IMG/VR virus record: IMGVR_UViG_3300014204_000120 | Span: 73,850 to 137,849 of that record | Strand: one strand, 5' to 3' | From: a virus | Lineage: Duplodnaviria; Caudoviricetes | Length of the DNA: 64,000 nucleotides | Shown here: in pieces, positions 10,161 to 20,139 of the stretch | Position numbering within the stretch: position 1 is the stretch's first letter | Layout of the letters: every line of letters starts with the position of its first letter | Notes under the pieces: model-generated | Told to the model about the DNA's origin: nothing | The model's input: the letters and a program-made list of their open reading frames with translations, nothing else | The model's database searches: none | Position numbers and translations under genes: made by a program

Positions 10161-11048
10161 ATGAAATTCAGTGAATACTATATGATGAGTGAAGTTTCTG
10201 AAATAGCTTTAAATAAAGCTAAGGAAAAATTTATTCAACAAGGTGAAGATAATAATGAAGTTGAAACTATAGTTAATAAATTTAATGAATTAGAAAAGAA
10301 ACATTTAACTAAAGGTATTGATCTGTTTAAAATAAGATTTCAAGAATTAAAAGACTTTATTACTAATTCTCAAGAATCTAAAACGGTTAAAAAGAAAGAA
10401 GTTAAATCATCAGGAGCAGATAAAGTATACGAAGATTCACAATATATATTATATAAAATATTAACTAAAGAAGCAGCTTGTTTATATGGAAAAGGAACTA
10501 AGTGGTGTATATCTGCTAAAGAAAATAATATGTTTGATGAATATAAAAATATATATAGTTTTTATTTTTTAATAGATAAAACTAAAAATGAAAATGATCC
10601 TTTATATAAAATAGCATTTTCAGTTGGAAGACCTGATGTTATTGTATATAATGCCGAGGATATAGAATTAAATAATTATGTTATTCCTGAAAAAATCAGA
10701 CCTTTTTTAAAGAAAGATGAATATTATGTTTTAGAAATAAATAGCAAGGATAATAAAATAAAATACGTTATTGTATCTTTAAAAGGATTATTAGATATTA
10801 AACATTTAATATTTAAAAATTTAAATAAAATGGATTTGTATGTAACCACAAAAAACAGTTTATCTTTTACTCAAAATATTATTATCATTAAAAATTCATT
10901 AAATAATCATGCTAATTTAAAATCAAAAATATATAAAAAGAACGAAATGCAAACATATTTAGATGAATTAGCCAAAAAAGAAAAAGATATGAAAATTGTT
11001 TTTATATATGGTGATGGTGTAGATCCCAAAAAAATTAATACTTTATAA
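10161..11048 (+). CDS. YG.GT.WC-motif phage protein, paralog 1
   Basis: EAACLYGKGTKWCIS; N-terminus shared with 11059. Confidence 0.65.
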   Translation: MKFSEYYMMSEVSEIALNKAKEKFIQQGEDNNEVETIVNKFNELEKKHLTKGIDLFKIRFQELKDFITNSQESKTVKKKEVKSSGADKVYEDSQYILYKILTKEAACLYGKGTKWCISAKENNMFDEYKNIYSFYFLIDKTKNENDPLYKIAFSVGRPDVIVYNAEDIELNNYVIPEKIRPFLKKDEYYVLEINSKDNKIKYVIVSLKGLLDIKHLIFKNLNKMDLYVTTKNSLSFTQNIIIIKNSLNNHANLKSKIYKKNEMQTYLDELAKKEKDMKIVFIYGDGVDPKKINTL

Positions 11049-11058
11049 GAGATAACTT

Positions 11059-12399
11059 ATGAAATTCAGCGAATACTATGTTTTAAATGAACTAACTCAA
11101 GTAGCTTTAAATAAAGCTATTACTAAGTTTGTTAAATCCGGTATTGAACAAACAGACGCAGAACAAGCAGTTAAAACTTTTAATGATCTAACTAAAAAAA
11201 ATAAGATTAAAAAAGGCATTGATATATTCTCATTGTCTTTTGACGAACTACAACAACATATAACAGATGCAAGCGGTAAAGTCTCACGTAAAGAAAAATC
11301 ACAACGAATTAAAGATAAAGATACTGAATATGTATACGAAGACGATAAAATACTTATAGTTAGCCCTAAAACTCATGAATCATCTTGTAAGTATGGCTCT
11401 GGTACTCAATGGTGTATAACAATGACTAGTCCTTCTTATTGGAATCAATACTATCAAAAAGGTATAAAGATGTACTTTATTATACCTAAAAAACATACAA
11501 AAGCAAGTAAAGACGACGAAAAAGTAGCAGTTGCAGTTGATATTAATGACAATTTTGAAATTTTTAATGCTAACGATCAAACACTTTCTAGAACTTCTTT
11601 TGAAAATTGGTTAGAAGAAGATGCTGAATCAGATGTTGAAGAAGTATTACAATATTTACAACCATTAGATCGCGGTGAATATTTAGAAAGAACTCAAATA
11701 ACAGAATCAGAATATGAAGATTTAACTGAAAGATGGCTAGAAGCTTTAGGCATTAAAACAAAAGATCCATATTATGATACAGCTAAAAAAGATATATTAC
11801 AAACATTAAATGATCATTATAATATAGAATTAGCATCAGAGTTAGAAAATGTTTCTTTATATGATTATGCAAGAGACGATTTAGATAGATTATTTTATGA
11901 TGTTGATGCATCATTAGAAATGTTAGAAAATCAATATGGTATTGATTCAGAATCGGCAAAAAATAAAGTTATATTATTTCCATATGTTTTTTATGGCGAT
12001 TTACAATATGATGTTAAAAATGAAAATGAACCTTTTGATGATATCTATAGTGATAGATTTAATTGGGAATTTATAGACAATCTTTCTGTTGAGCAATTAT
12101 TAGATCGTTTAAAGATAAATTTACATGATAAAGACGGATTAGATGATGGTATTGTAAAGAATATTGAATTGTGGTTAACTCTAAAATATAAAAACAAACA
12201 TAATGAATTTATATCATTTTTTGACGATATAAAAGAATATGCTTTAGAAGATCCTAATCATGGTGGTAAAGTTTCTGATACAGTTTTAAATCAATTAAAA
12301 CAATTATATGATAAAGTCGAAAAGGTCGAATATGGTAAACAAGACCATCCTAAACTTGATTTACAAGGTATATCATTTAAAGACTATTTAAGAATATAG
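11059..12399 (+). CDS. YG.GT.WC-motif phage protein, paralog 2
   Basis: ESSCKYGSGTQWCIT; acidic C-terminal half shared with 12408. Confidence 0.65.
   Translation: MKFSEYYVLNELTQVALNKAITKFVKSGIEQTDAEQAVKTFNDLTKKNKIKKGIDIFSLSFDELQQHITDASGKVSRKEKSQRIKDKDTEYVYEDDKILIVSPKTHESSCKYGSGTQWCITMTSPSYWNQYYQKGIKMYFIIPKKHTKASKDDEKVAVAVDINDNFEIFNANDQTLSRTSFENWLEEDAESDVEEVLQYLQPLDRGEYLERTQITESEYEDLTERWLEALGIKTKDPYYDTAKKDILQTLNDHYNIELASELENVSLYDYARDDLDRLFYDVDASLEMLENQYGIDSESAKNKVILFPYVFYGDLQYDVKNENEPFDDIYSDRFNWEFIDNLSVEQLLDRLKINLHDKDGLDDGIVKNIELWLTLKYKNKHNEFISFFDDIKEYALEDPNHGGKVSDTVLNQLKQLYDKVEKVEYGKQDHPKLDLQGISFKDYLRI
12310..12393 (+). repeat. 84-bp imperfect direct repeat, second copy at 13743-13826
   Basis: Both copies encode DKVEKVEYGKxxHPxLDLQGISFKDYLR. 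Confidence 0.85.
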
Positions 12400-12407
12400 G
12401 AGATAAC

Positions 12408-14093
12408 ATGTCTTTTTTAGATTTTTATGAACTGAATGAAGTAACTGCAGATCAAAAATATGATCTTCAATATAAAAATAAGCTAGATCGTAATCAGTTT
12501 AATTTAGCAGTTGAATTGGATCCTACTTCTAAAGGTCAAGAAAAAGTTGGTAAATATGTAGATTGGATTATTAAAAACCAATTGTTTGATAAAAAACCAG
12601 AAGAAATAAAAGACTTACTATCTAAATATGAAAAGTTTAAAAGCAAACTAGAAATCAATCAACGTGATATTAATAAACTAAAATATGACGATGTTGTTGG
12701 AGCTATTGATACTTTAATTCAAAAAGGCGCTTTAGTTTCACAAACAGATAAAGATAAAGAAAGAAGAAAAAAAGCTGAAAGTGAAGCAGAAATAGCTTAT
12801 CAAGACGATGATGTAATTGTAATAATACCTAAAACAATGTTTGCATCTCAATACTTTGGTGCAGGATCTGATTGGTGTACTGCCAGACAAGACGATAAAT
12901 CATGTATGTTTGATTCATATGATAGAGATGGTACTTTATATATTATTAAGGATAAACACGATAATAAAAAATATCAGTTATTTGTTGATACTGAAAAAAA
13001 GCATTATGAATATAGAAACAGTCAAAATAAAAATATAGATCCTTTTCAAATATTTTCAGATTATAGTGATTTTATAGAATGGTTAGAAACTAAAGAATTT
13101 CCTAACCAAGGAAAATTAACAGAAGAACAAAGAGATTCAATAGCTCGTGGCATATTAAACGGCTTAGATATAGACGATTTAACAGATGAAGAAGAAAAAG
13201 ATGCACTTGACACAATTAAAACACAATTTTCAGCATATGAAGAAATGTATGAAGACGAAGGTAATGTAACAGATATGCACGAGGCAATTACAAATATAAC
13301 AGATGAATGGGATTATTATTTTGAAAAAGTATTAGATTTATTAGAAAGTAAATATGGAATAGATTCTTCAGCTAAAGAAAATAAACTAATATTGGTAAGT
13401 TATTTAGATAGTTTAAATGATTTATCGTATGATTTAGAAAAAAATAGAGAACATTATTCAATAGATAGTTTTGATCCTGAAAATATTCATGAGTTTCAAT
13501 GGAAGTATTTATCAGATATGGAATTAGACAAAATGATTGATAGTTTAGATATAAATTTTGAAGATAATGAAGGTTTAGATAAAGAAACATTAAGCATTAT
13601 AGAACAATGGCTAACTAGAAAATATAATACCGATCATGAAGCTTTTGTTAGTTTTATGGATGATTTAAATGATATAATTAATTCTGGTCCTTATAAAACA
13701 TTTTTATCTAAAGAAATAGAAAAACAATTAAAAGATTTAATAGATAAAGTTGAAAAGGTAGAATACGGTAAAGAAGGTCATCCCGAATTAGATCTACAAG
13801 GTATATCATTTAAAGATTATCTAAGATTAACAATAAATGAAACTAAAAAAGGAAGCTCTAAAGCTAAAGTAAGAACCAGACCTAATCCTGTATTTGATTC
13901 AACTCATTCTAAAGTAAACGATAATAAAGATCACTTTCCTTTAGGTAATGCTAATCAAGCCAGAAACGCATTAGCTAGAGTAGCACAATATACAAGTAAA
14001 CCTAAATGGTATAATGGAACTTTAGAAAGTTTAAAGAATGCTGTGAAACGCGCAGTTCATAAAGAATATCCTTTAATTGAGATAAGTGATTGA
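12408..14093 (+). CDS. YG.GT.WC-motif phage protein, paralog 3, with an extra basic C-terminal domain (HFPL...ARNALAR, DUF6582-like)
   Basis: ASQYFGAGSDWCTA; DPT...GKY..WI; C-terminal DHFPLGNANQARNALARVAQ. Confidence 0.6.
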   Translation: MSFLDFYELNEVTADQKYDLQYKNKLDRNQFNLAVELDPTSKGQEKVGKYVDWIIKNQLFDKKPEEIKDLLSKYEKFKSKLEINQRDINKLKYDDVVGAIDTLIQKGALVSQTDKDKERRKKAESEAEIAYQDDDVIVIIPKTMFASQYFGAGSDWCTARQDDKSCMFDSYDRDGTLYIIKDKHDNKKYQLFVDTEKKHYEYRNSQNKNIDPFQIFSDYSDFIEWLETKEFPNQGKLTEEQRDSIARGILNGLDIDDLTDEEEKDALDTIKTQFSAYEEMYEDEGNVTDMHEAITNITDEWDYYFEKVLDLLESKYGIDSSAKENKLILVSYLDSLNDLSYDLEKNREHYSIDSFDPENIHEFQWKYLSDMELDKMIDSLDINFEDNEGLDKETLSIIEQWLTRKYNTDHEAFVSFMDDLNDIINSGPYKTFLSKEIEKQLKDLIDKVEKVEYGKEGHPELDLQGISFKDYLRLTINETKKGSSKAKVRTRPNPVFDSTHSKVNDNKDHFPLGNANQARNALARVAQYTSKPKWYNGTLESLKNAVKRAVHKEYPLIEISD

Positions 14094-14096
14094 ATT

Positions 14097-15542
14097 ATGA
14101 AAAAATCATTTTCAAAATATTACTTTAAAGAAAACGTACTAGATAATTGGGATGAAATAAAACAAAAATATCCTAATATCCAAAACGCTATTGAATTAAT
14201 GGATAAAATAAACAAAGCAGGATTTGAAGCACTAATGGTTGGAGGAGTTGTTAGAGACTTAGTATTAGGTAATGAACCAAACGACGTAGATATTACAACT
14301 GACGCAATACCTGATCAAATTGAAAAAATATTTGGTAAAGTTATAGATATAGGTCAAAATAAAAAGATGGGTGTCTCCGTTGTACCATATAAAGGTGAAA
14401 ATTATGAAATTGCTACATATAGAAAAGATCAATTTAATGATTTAAGTAAAGGTAAAGGCGCTGATACTGTTGAACTAACTACTTCATTTAAAGACGATAC
14501 TAGTAGAAGAGACTTTAAGATCAACCAACTTGGAATTGATAAGGATGGTAATATAATAGATAATTGGGGTGGGTTAAAAGATATAAAAAATAAAGTAATA
14601 TCTACTGTTGGAGATCCAAATCTTAGATTTAAAGAGGACCAGATCAGAAGTCTAAGAGCCGTTCGATTTTCTTCTAGATTAGGATTTACTATTAGTCCTG
14701 AAACTATTGAAGCAATGAAACAAAATGCACCTGAAATAACTAAGGTAGCTCCAGAACGTATTACAAAAGAATTAATGAAGATGGCCGAACAAAGTGGACC
14801 TGCATTTGCTGAAGCTATTATAACAATGGATAAAGTAGGTTTGTTACAATATATATTACCTGAAATATTTAAAATGCATGAATTAGAACATAACAAAGAA
14901 TTTCATCCAGAAACAGACGATGAAGGTAAACATACAGTATTTGGGCATGTTATTCAAGCATTAAGATCACAACCATTAAAAGATAGTATTTTGAATTTAT
15001 CAGTTTTAATGCACGACGTAGGCAAAATAAATACTCAATCTATTGATGATCAAGGCTTCATACATTATTTAAGACACGCACAAGAAGCAGATAAACTAAT
15101 AGATCAAATAGCAGATAGACTTAAGTTTGATAATGAAACTCGCCGTAAAATACAATTTGCAGCTATTAATCATATGAAAGCGCACGAAATATTAGCAATG
15201 TCAAATAGTAAGATAGCAGAATTAATGAACAATGATGCTTTTGATATATTGATTAAGGTAGCAGAAGCTGATGCTAGAGCAAGAGGTAAACTGTTTGATG
15301 ATGTAGAATGGCAAAAGATATTATCCAAGATAAACGACATAGCTATTAAATTCAAGGATAAAAAGGCTAAAGATGCCGTAAAAAAGGTAGTTAATGGCAA
15401 TTGGGTTATGGGTTTAAAGGGTATAACAAAGCCAGGTCCTGAAGTTGGAAGAATTATAAATACTACAGTGGATTGGATTATAGATTCTGGTATTGATATG
15501 AATGATACTAAGGCAATAGAGGATTATATTAAAAGCATATGA
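14097..15542 (+). CDS. cca: Class II tRNA nucleotidyltransferase (CCA-adding enzyme) with HD domain
   Basis: VGGVVRD..LG..PNDVDITT, EIATYR, RRDFKIN, RFKEDQIRSLRAVRF (EDxxR), ERI..EL.K, MHDVGK; poly(A) polymerase or partial CC/A-adding activity is not excluded. Confidence 0.85.
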   Translation: MKKSFSKYYFKENVLDNWDEIKQKYPNIQNAIELMDKINKAGFEALMVGGVVRDLVLGNEPNDVDITTDAIPDQIEKIFGKVIDIGQNKKMGVSVVPYKGENYEIATYRKDQFNDLSKGKGADTVELTTSFKDDTSRRDFKINQLGIDKDGNIIDNWGGLKDIKNKVISTVGDPNLRFKEDQIRSLRAVRFSSRLGFTISPETIEAMKQNAPEITKVAPERITKELMKMAEQSGPAFAEAIITMDKVGLLQYILPEIFKMHELEHNKEFHPETDDEGKHTVFGHVIQALRSQPLKDSILNLSVLMHDVGKINTQSIDDQGFIHYLRHAQEADKLIDQIADRLKFDNETRRKIQFAAINHMKAHEILAMSNSKIAELMNNDAFDILIKVAEADARARGKLFDDVEWQKILSKINDIAIKFKDKKAKDAVKKVVNGNWVMGLKGITKPGPEVGRIINTTVDWIIDSGIDMNDTKAIEDYIKSI

Positions 15543-16024
15543 TAAACGAAAAGTATTATTCTACAATGGAAGTAATAACTGGAGCTATGGAAGTCTTTTT
15601 GAATCCTACTATAGATGAAATTAAGGAAATATCATTGGCTGGTGAAGATACTGATAATGAGTTTAGTTATAATAATCCACCGAGTCGAACACTTAGAGCT
15701 TTTATATTAGAAGATGGAAATGTAATAGCTTGGAATGAATATAAATCAGATCATAGAGAAATGATTAAAAAGTTAGATTTGGTTAATAAGAAAGTTATAC
15801 CAATATATATTTACATGAATAAAAATATGAAGTCAGCTGAGAATGTTGAGATATCCGTTTGGTCTGGTGCATTATTAGGTTATAACGTTGATGATCCTGA
15901 TGTTATGAATCAGTTAGAACGTAAAAAAGAAAGTAATCCTTATTTAGTTTCAATATTACAGGGTAAGGATTATTATGGTGAGTCATATCATAAATATATT
16001 GATTGTTATATTTTTAAAGGATAA
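15539..16024 (+). CDS. Hypothetical protein, paralog of the 6002/8012 domain
   Basis: VFLNPT..E...LRAFI..DGNVIAW...H; IPIYIY shared with 6002. Confidence 0.6.
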   Translation: MINEKYYSTMEVITGAMEVFLNPTIDEIKEISLAGEDTDNEFSYNNPPSRTLRAFILEDGNVIAWNEYKSDHREMIKKLDLVNKKVIPIYIYMNKNMKSAENVEISVWSGALLGYNVDDPDVMNQLERKKESNPYLVSILQGKDYYGESYHKYIDCYIFKG

Positions 16025-16046
16025 ATACAGTTAAAGGAGTTTTAAA

Positions 16047-16292
16047 ATGAAAAAAAGTGTAAATTCATTAGTTGAAGCTTATAAAAGTAAGGCTAATTAT
16101 TTATTGGAGACTGATGAAGAGTTAATGGAAAAGTTTGATGTGGCTCATATGAGATGCCCACATTGTAAATTAGATTTAGTTAAGCAATCTAATGCTATTG
16201 AAGTTCCGTCAGAAAAAGGTAAGACAAAAATAGGATTAGATGTAAGTTCGTGTCCTAAATGTGGATTTGTTGGTGATATAGACATTCAATAA
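16047..16292 (+). CDS. Zinc-ribbon protein
   Basis: CPHC...CPKCG; RBS aaggag. Confidence 0.6.
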   Translation: MKKSVNSLVEAYKSKANYLLETDEELMEKFDVAHMRCPHCKLDLVKQSNAIEVPSEKGKTKIGLDVSSCPKCGFVGDIDIQ

Positions 16293-16308
16293 AGGAGATT
16301 AATATAAT

Positions 16309-16644
16309 ATGAGTATTTTAACAGAACTGGGTTTATTAATTGAAGCACCAAAAGATGATGAAGTTGATACTGATGAAATTCTTGATGTACCTGAAGAGCC
16401 AGCTGAAGATATTGAAGTTCCTGAAGAAGAACCAGCTGATAAACATGAAGAAGAGGCTAATGTTGGTGAAGTTGGCGATTTATTAAAACATATAGAATCT
16501 TTACAGAACATTGTGCAAGATATAGATTCTAGAGTTGATATACAAAGTGAAGACGATCCTGCGTTTAGAGCGGAAATATCAATTCGTAAGGCTATTGGTG
16601 CATTACAGGATTTGTCAGATAAACTTTATAAGAAAACAAAGTAA
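16309..16644 (+). CDS. Acidic hypothetical protein
   Basis: RBS aaggag; E/D/P-rich. Confidence 0.6.
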   Translation: MSILTELGLLIEAPKDDEVDTDEILDVPEEPAEDIEVPEEEPADKHEEEANVGEVGDLLKHIESLQNIVQDIDSRVDIQSEDDPAFRAEISIRKAIGALQDLSDKLYKKTK

Positions 16645-16656
16645 GGAGATACAACC

Positions 16657-17478
16657 ATGTCTTTTCTGAATGTATTAAAAGAAAAACTTCAAGCTCAACA
16701 GATTTGGGATGAGTTAAAAGGCAAGTATGAAATGCATTTTAATGTGAATGGAGTTGATTATGCGTTTATAGCTACTTCTGTTGGTGGCGATGTTAATGAT
16801 GATACTATATGGTACTTAGAATTTGAAAACACACAAAGTCATAGATTAAGTAACGGTGATAATGATAAGAACGTTATTAAAGCTATGGTAGAAGCAGTTA
16901 AGACATGGGTAGAAGAAACAGGACCTTATTCATTCTTTACGCACGGTTCTACTATTGAATCTATGAAAGCTGTTATTGAAGGTATTAAAAAGGCTGTTAA
17001 AAAATATAATGTTACTGATGATACTGCTGATAAGAAAGACGAACAAGGTAATGTTATTGAAGGTAATCCAATAGGTAAAGTATCATGGAATAAAATGGCG
17101 GATGTTGAAGTAACACCATCAGAAGAAAAAGCAGATACTAAAAGTATTGAATTTGAAAAAACATTTGAAGAACCTAAAGATCTTAAAACAACTAAAGATT
17201 TTACAAAAGGAACTTCTAAAACTGATAAATTAGATAAAGGCGATAAATCTTATGAGCTAAAGACCGAATCTGTTGAAGTTGGTAAAACCGTTACAATACC
17301 TAAAGATCTTACAACGGATCCAATTAATAAACAAGGTAAGTCTGGTAAAGTTATTAAAGTTACTGATGATGTTGTAGAAGTTAAATTTGATGATAATAAA
17401 GTTGGTAAATATAAATCTGAAATATTTGAAAGTACTGGATCGTGGCAAGACTTTAAAAATAAAAGAATAAATTCATAA
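16657..17478 (+). CDS. Hypothetical protein with C-terminal KOW/SH3-like segment
   Basis: VEVGKTVTIP...GKSGKVIKV...VEVKFDD. Confidence 0.55.
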   Translation: MSFLNVLKEKLQAQQIWDELKGKYEMHFNVNGVDYAFIATSVGGDVNDDTIWYLEFENTQSHRLSNGDNDKNVIKAMVEAVKTWVEETGPYSFFTHGSTIESMKAVIEGIKKAVKKYNVTDDTADKKDEQGNVIEGNPIGKVSWNKMADVEVTPSEEKADTKSIEFEKTFEEPKDLKTTKDFTKGTSKTDKLDKGDKSYELKTESVEVGKTVTIPKDLTTDPINKQGKSGKVIKVTDDVVEVKFDDNKVGKYKSEIFESTGSWQDFKNKRINS

Positions 17479-17488
17479 GGAAACTAAC

Positions 17489-18772
17489 ATGTCTTATAAA
17501 CAATACTTAAAAAATTTAAAAGAAGCATCTGAACAAATTAATAATCCAGATTATAAGTTTTATGTAGTGGCAAATGGTGTAATACATTCTGGTTGGGAAT
17601 ATATTGAAGATGCTAAAGATGATATAAAAGAGTTAGAAGAAAATGGACTTAAGGCCAGAGTATATCAGCGATTTGGTTTAAAAAAGCTAGGATTAAGTCC
17701 TGATAATAATAGTGATTGGGGTAATGCTTATAAGACAAATAAAGTTGAACAAAATGAAGGTATATTTGATGATAATGATTTTAATGATAGAGAAGAACCA
17801 GAAAATGTTGAAACAATTAAATATGAAAAAATTGAACCTATTACAGACGAAGAGGGAAGTACAGTTCATTGGTTTCATGATGAAGAAGTAGAGTTTACTG
17901 ATAATATAGAACAAACAATTCAAAGTATTATTGATAATGGATACGAGGATTTTTTATATAGTGAATTAGGATCTGAAGAAGGAATAATGAGTCCTGATGA
18001 AAAGATAGTCTATTGGGGTAGTGATATTCAAGATTATTTAAGAAAACATAAAGTAAATGAGAATGAGAATGTAACGAAAATAGTAGATCCTGAAACTGTT
18101 AATCCTCAAGAAATTAATAAGTTAATAAAGGCACCTTATGTTAATGCTATGTTATCTACATTAGGTGGAAAGGATAGAGCTTCATTATTAATTAAGTTTT
18201 CATTAGATCCAAAAGAAAAATGGGCAAATAATATACTACAAAATTCTAGATGGGGTATGTTTCATTTAAATAATAATGGTAGTCTAGAACTATCTCACGG
18301 AAAAATTAAATTTAGAAAAACAAAAGTTACAAGTTTAGAAGATGCAATTAACAAAATTAATGCAGCTATAGAAAATCAATCTACAACGGAATCATGGCAA
18401 GAATTTAAAAATAAGAAACTAAATGAATGGGAAGACGATGAAATAGACGACGAATTAAATACTTTGTTAGGAAAAGTTTCAGACGAAGATATAGCTAATG
18501 CTCCTTCTGATGATAACGAACCTGAAGAAGTTGAAGAAGACAAAACAACTATTACTATTAATGAAATTCTAAATAAATTACAATTACTTGCTAGAAAGAA
18601 ACCAATTGAATATAATAACATGATGACTGATTGGAGAGATTCGGTTCCACATACCGGAAAAGAAGATGTTTTTCTTAAAAGTGATAAATTTCAAGGTTGG
18701 CTAAGAGATAGTGGCGAAGCTGATGCTTTTATGAAAGATTTGGCCAATAGATGCTCTGGTTTGAAGTTATAA
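17489..18772 (+). CDS. Acidic multi-segment hypothetical protein (possible processed head polyprotein)
   Basis: MSYKQYLKNLKE; internal IQDYLRKHKVNE and SWQEFKNKKLNE. Confidence 0.55.
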   Translation: MSYKQYLKNLKEASEQINNPDYKFYVVANGVIHSGWEYIEDAKDDIKELEENGLKARVYQRFGLKKLGLSPDNNSDWGNAYKTNKVEQNEGIFDDNDFNDREEPENVETIKYEKIEPITDEEGSTVHWFHDEEVEFTDNIEQTIQSIIDNGYEDFLYSELGSEEGIMSPDEKIVYWGSDIQDYLRKHKVNENENVTKIVDPETVNPQEINKLIKAPYVNAMLSTLGGKDRASLLIKFSLDPKEKWANNILQNSRWGMFHLNNNGSLELSHGKIKFRKTKVTSLEDAINKINAAIENQSTTESWQEFKNKKLNEWEDDEIDDELNTLLGKVSDEDIANAPSDDNEPEEVEEDKTTITINEILNKLQLLARKKPIEYNNMMTDWRDSVPHTGKEDVFLKSDKFQGWLRDSGEADAFMKDLANRCSGLKL

Positions 18773-18799
18773 CTAAAAAATCAATTACATACCAATATC

Positions 18800-18828
18800 T
18801 TGACAATTCTATGATTTGAATGTATATT
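18800..18828 (+). promoter_or_regulatory. Sigma70-type promoter
   Basis: TTGACA(18800)-N17-TATATT(18823), intergenic. Confidence 0.75.
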
Positions 18829-18847
18829 ATAGAAGAAAGGGATAATT

Positions 18848-19486
18848 ATGGTCAATTTTAAAGAATACATTAAAAAACTTGAAACAAATCAATTAGTTGA
18901 AACTAGTTTGTCTAGAGTATGGTCTTATATGGAAAAGTATGAGACTGGAATTATAACTGCTTTTAGATATGCTGAAGATTGTGGAAATGGAAAGAAATAT
19001 AGTAGACACGAAAACAAACAACGTAATAGATCTTTATTGGCTAAGTTAAGAAATATGGGTTATGGAGTAACAGCTGTTCAAGGAACATGGATAAACAATG
19101 CTGGGCTAAAAAGTGCTGAAACATCTTACTTTGTTGTAGATATAGAAAATATTGGAAAACTTAAAAATAATCTTATTGAGTTAGGTACAGAGTTTGATCA
19201 AGATGCAATTTTATGGATTCCTAAAGGTGGAAAGAATGCAGAAATGATTGCTACTAATCAATGTGAAAATGGATTTCCTGGACCTAATAAAGTTAAGATT
19301 TTTAGTGGAGTATACTTTGGAGATAAAGGAACCGTGTTTACTAGAGTTGGGGATAGACCATTTATATTTAAGGAAGATTTTATAGTTAAAGATATAACAA
19401 TTCCTCCTCATGGTTTTATGGGAGTATTAGGTTGTAATACTTTTTCAAAAATGAAATGGCAGAATATATCAGTAGATAAGGATTAA
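18848..19486 (+). CDS. ES.LSR-family paralog 1 (DUF3293-like)
   Basis: ETSLSR, GIITAFR, EN..RN..L...L, G.EFDQDAIL. Confidence 0.6.
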   Translation: MVNFKEYIKKLETNQLVETSLSRVWSYMEKYETGIITAFRYAEDCGNGKKYSRHENKQRNRSLLAKLRNMGYGVTAVQGTWINNAGLKSAETSYFVVDIENIGKLKNNLIELGTEFDQDAILWIPKGGKNAEMIATNQCENGFPGPNKVKIFSGVYFGDKGTVFTRVGDRPFIFKEDFIVKDITIPPHGFMGVLGCNTFSKMKWQNISVDKD

Positions 19487-19489
19487 TAT

Positions 19490-20137
19490 ATGAGTGAATT
19501 TAAAGAATATATTAAACAACATGAGTTAAATCCACTTGTTGAATCAGGATTATCACGAATATATGATATGATGAAACTGCATGATTGCGGTATTATTACA
19601 GCTTTTAGAAGTTATGCAGATTGTGGTAAAGGTGCAAAATATTCAATAGCAGATAATAGAAAAAGAAATAAGTCGTTGTTAGCTAAACTTCAGGATAAAA
19701 GATACGGAGTTACTAATGTTCAAGGTGCATGGATTGAGAATATGGGAACAGATTTTGAAAAGTCTGGTGCAGAAACATCTTTTTTTGTAGTTGATTTAAA
19801 TGATAATGGAACTTTAGAAAAGGATTTACAATCTTTAGGAGAAGAATTTGAACAAGAAGCTATCTTATGGATTCCTAAAGGTGGTGAGTCTGCAACTTTT
19901 ATTGGAACTAATCGTTGTCCTAATACAAGAATTAAATACGGTGAAAAACAAGTTGTAGGTAAAAGATTTTTAGGTAAGAAAAGTGAATTCTTTACATCTA
20001 TTTCTAATAGACCATTTGTATTTGAAAATATTAAAGATATACATGAACTTGTATTACCTGAAGGATTTTTTAGTCGTTGGGTCTGTAATTCATGTGCTAA
20101 AAAGAAATGGCAGGATATGAAAGTAGAGGAAAATTAA
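19490..20137 (+). CDS. ES.LSR-family paralog 2
   Basis: ESGLSR, GIITAFR, AILWIPKGG; closely similar to 18848. Confidence 0.6.
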   Translation: MSEFKEYIKQHELNPLVESGLSRIYDMMKLHDCGIITAFRSYADCGKGAKYSIADNRKRNKSLLAKLQDKRYGVTNVQGAWIENMGTDFEKSGAETSFFVVDLNDNGTLEKDLQSLGEEFEQEAILWIPKGGESATFIGTNRCPNTRIKYGEKQVVGKRFLGKKSEFFTSISNRPFVFENIKDIHELVLPEGFFSRWVCNSCAKKKWQDMKVEEN

Positions 20138-20139
20138 TT

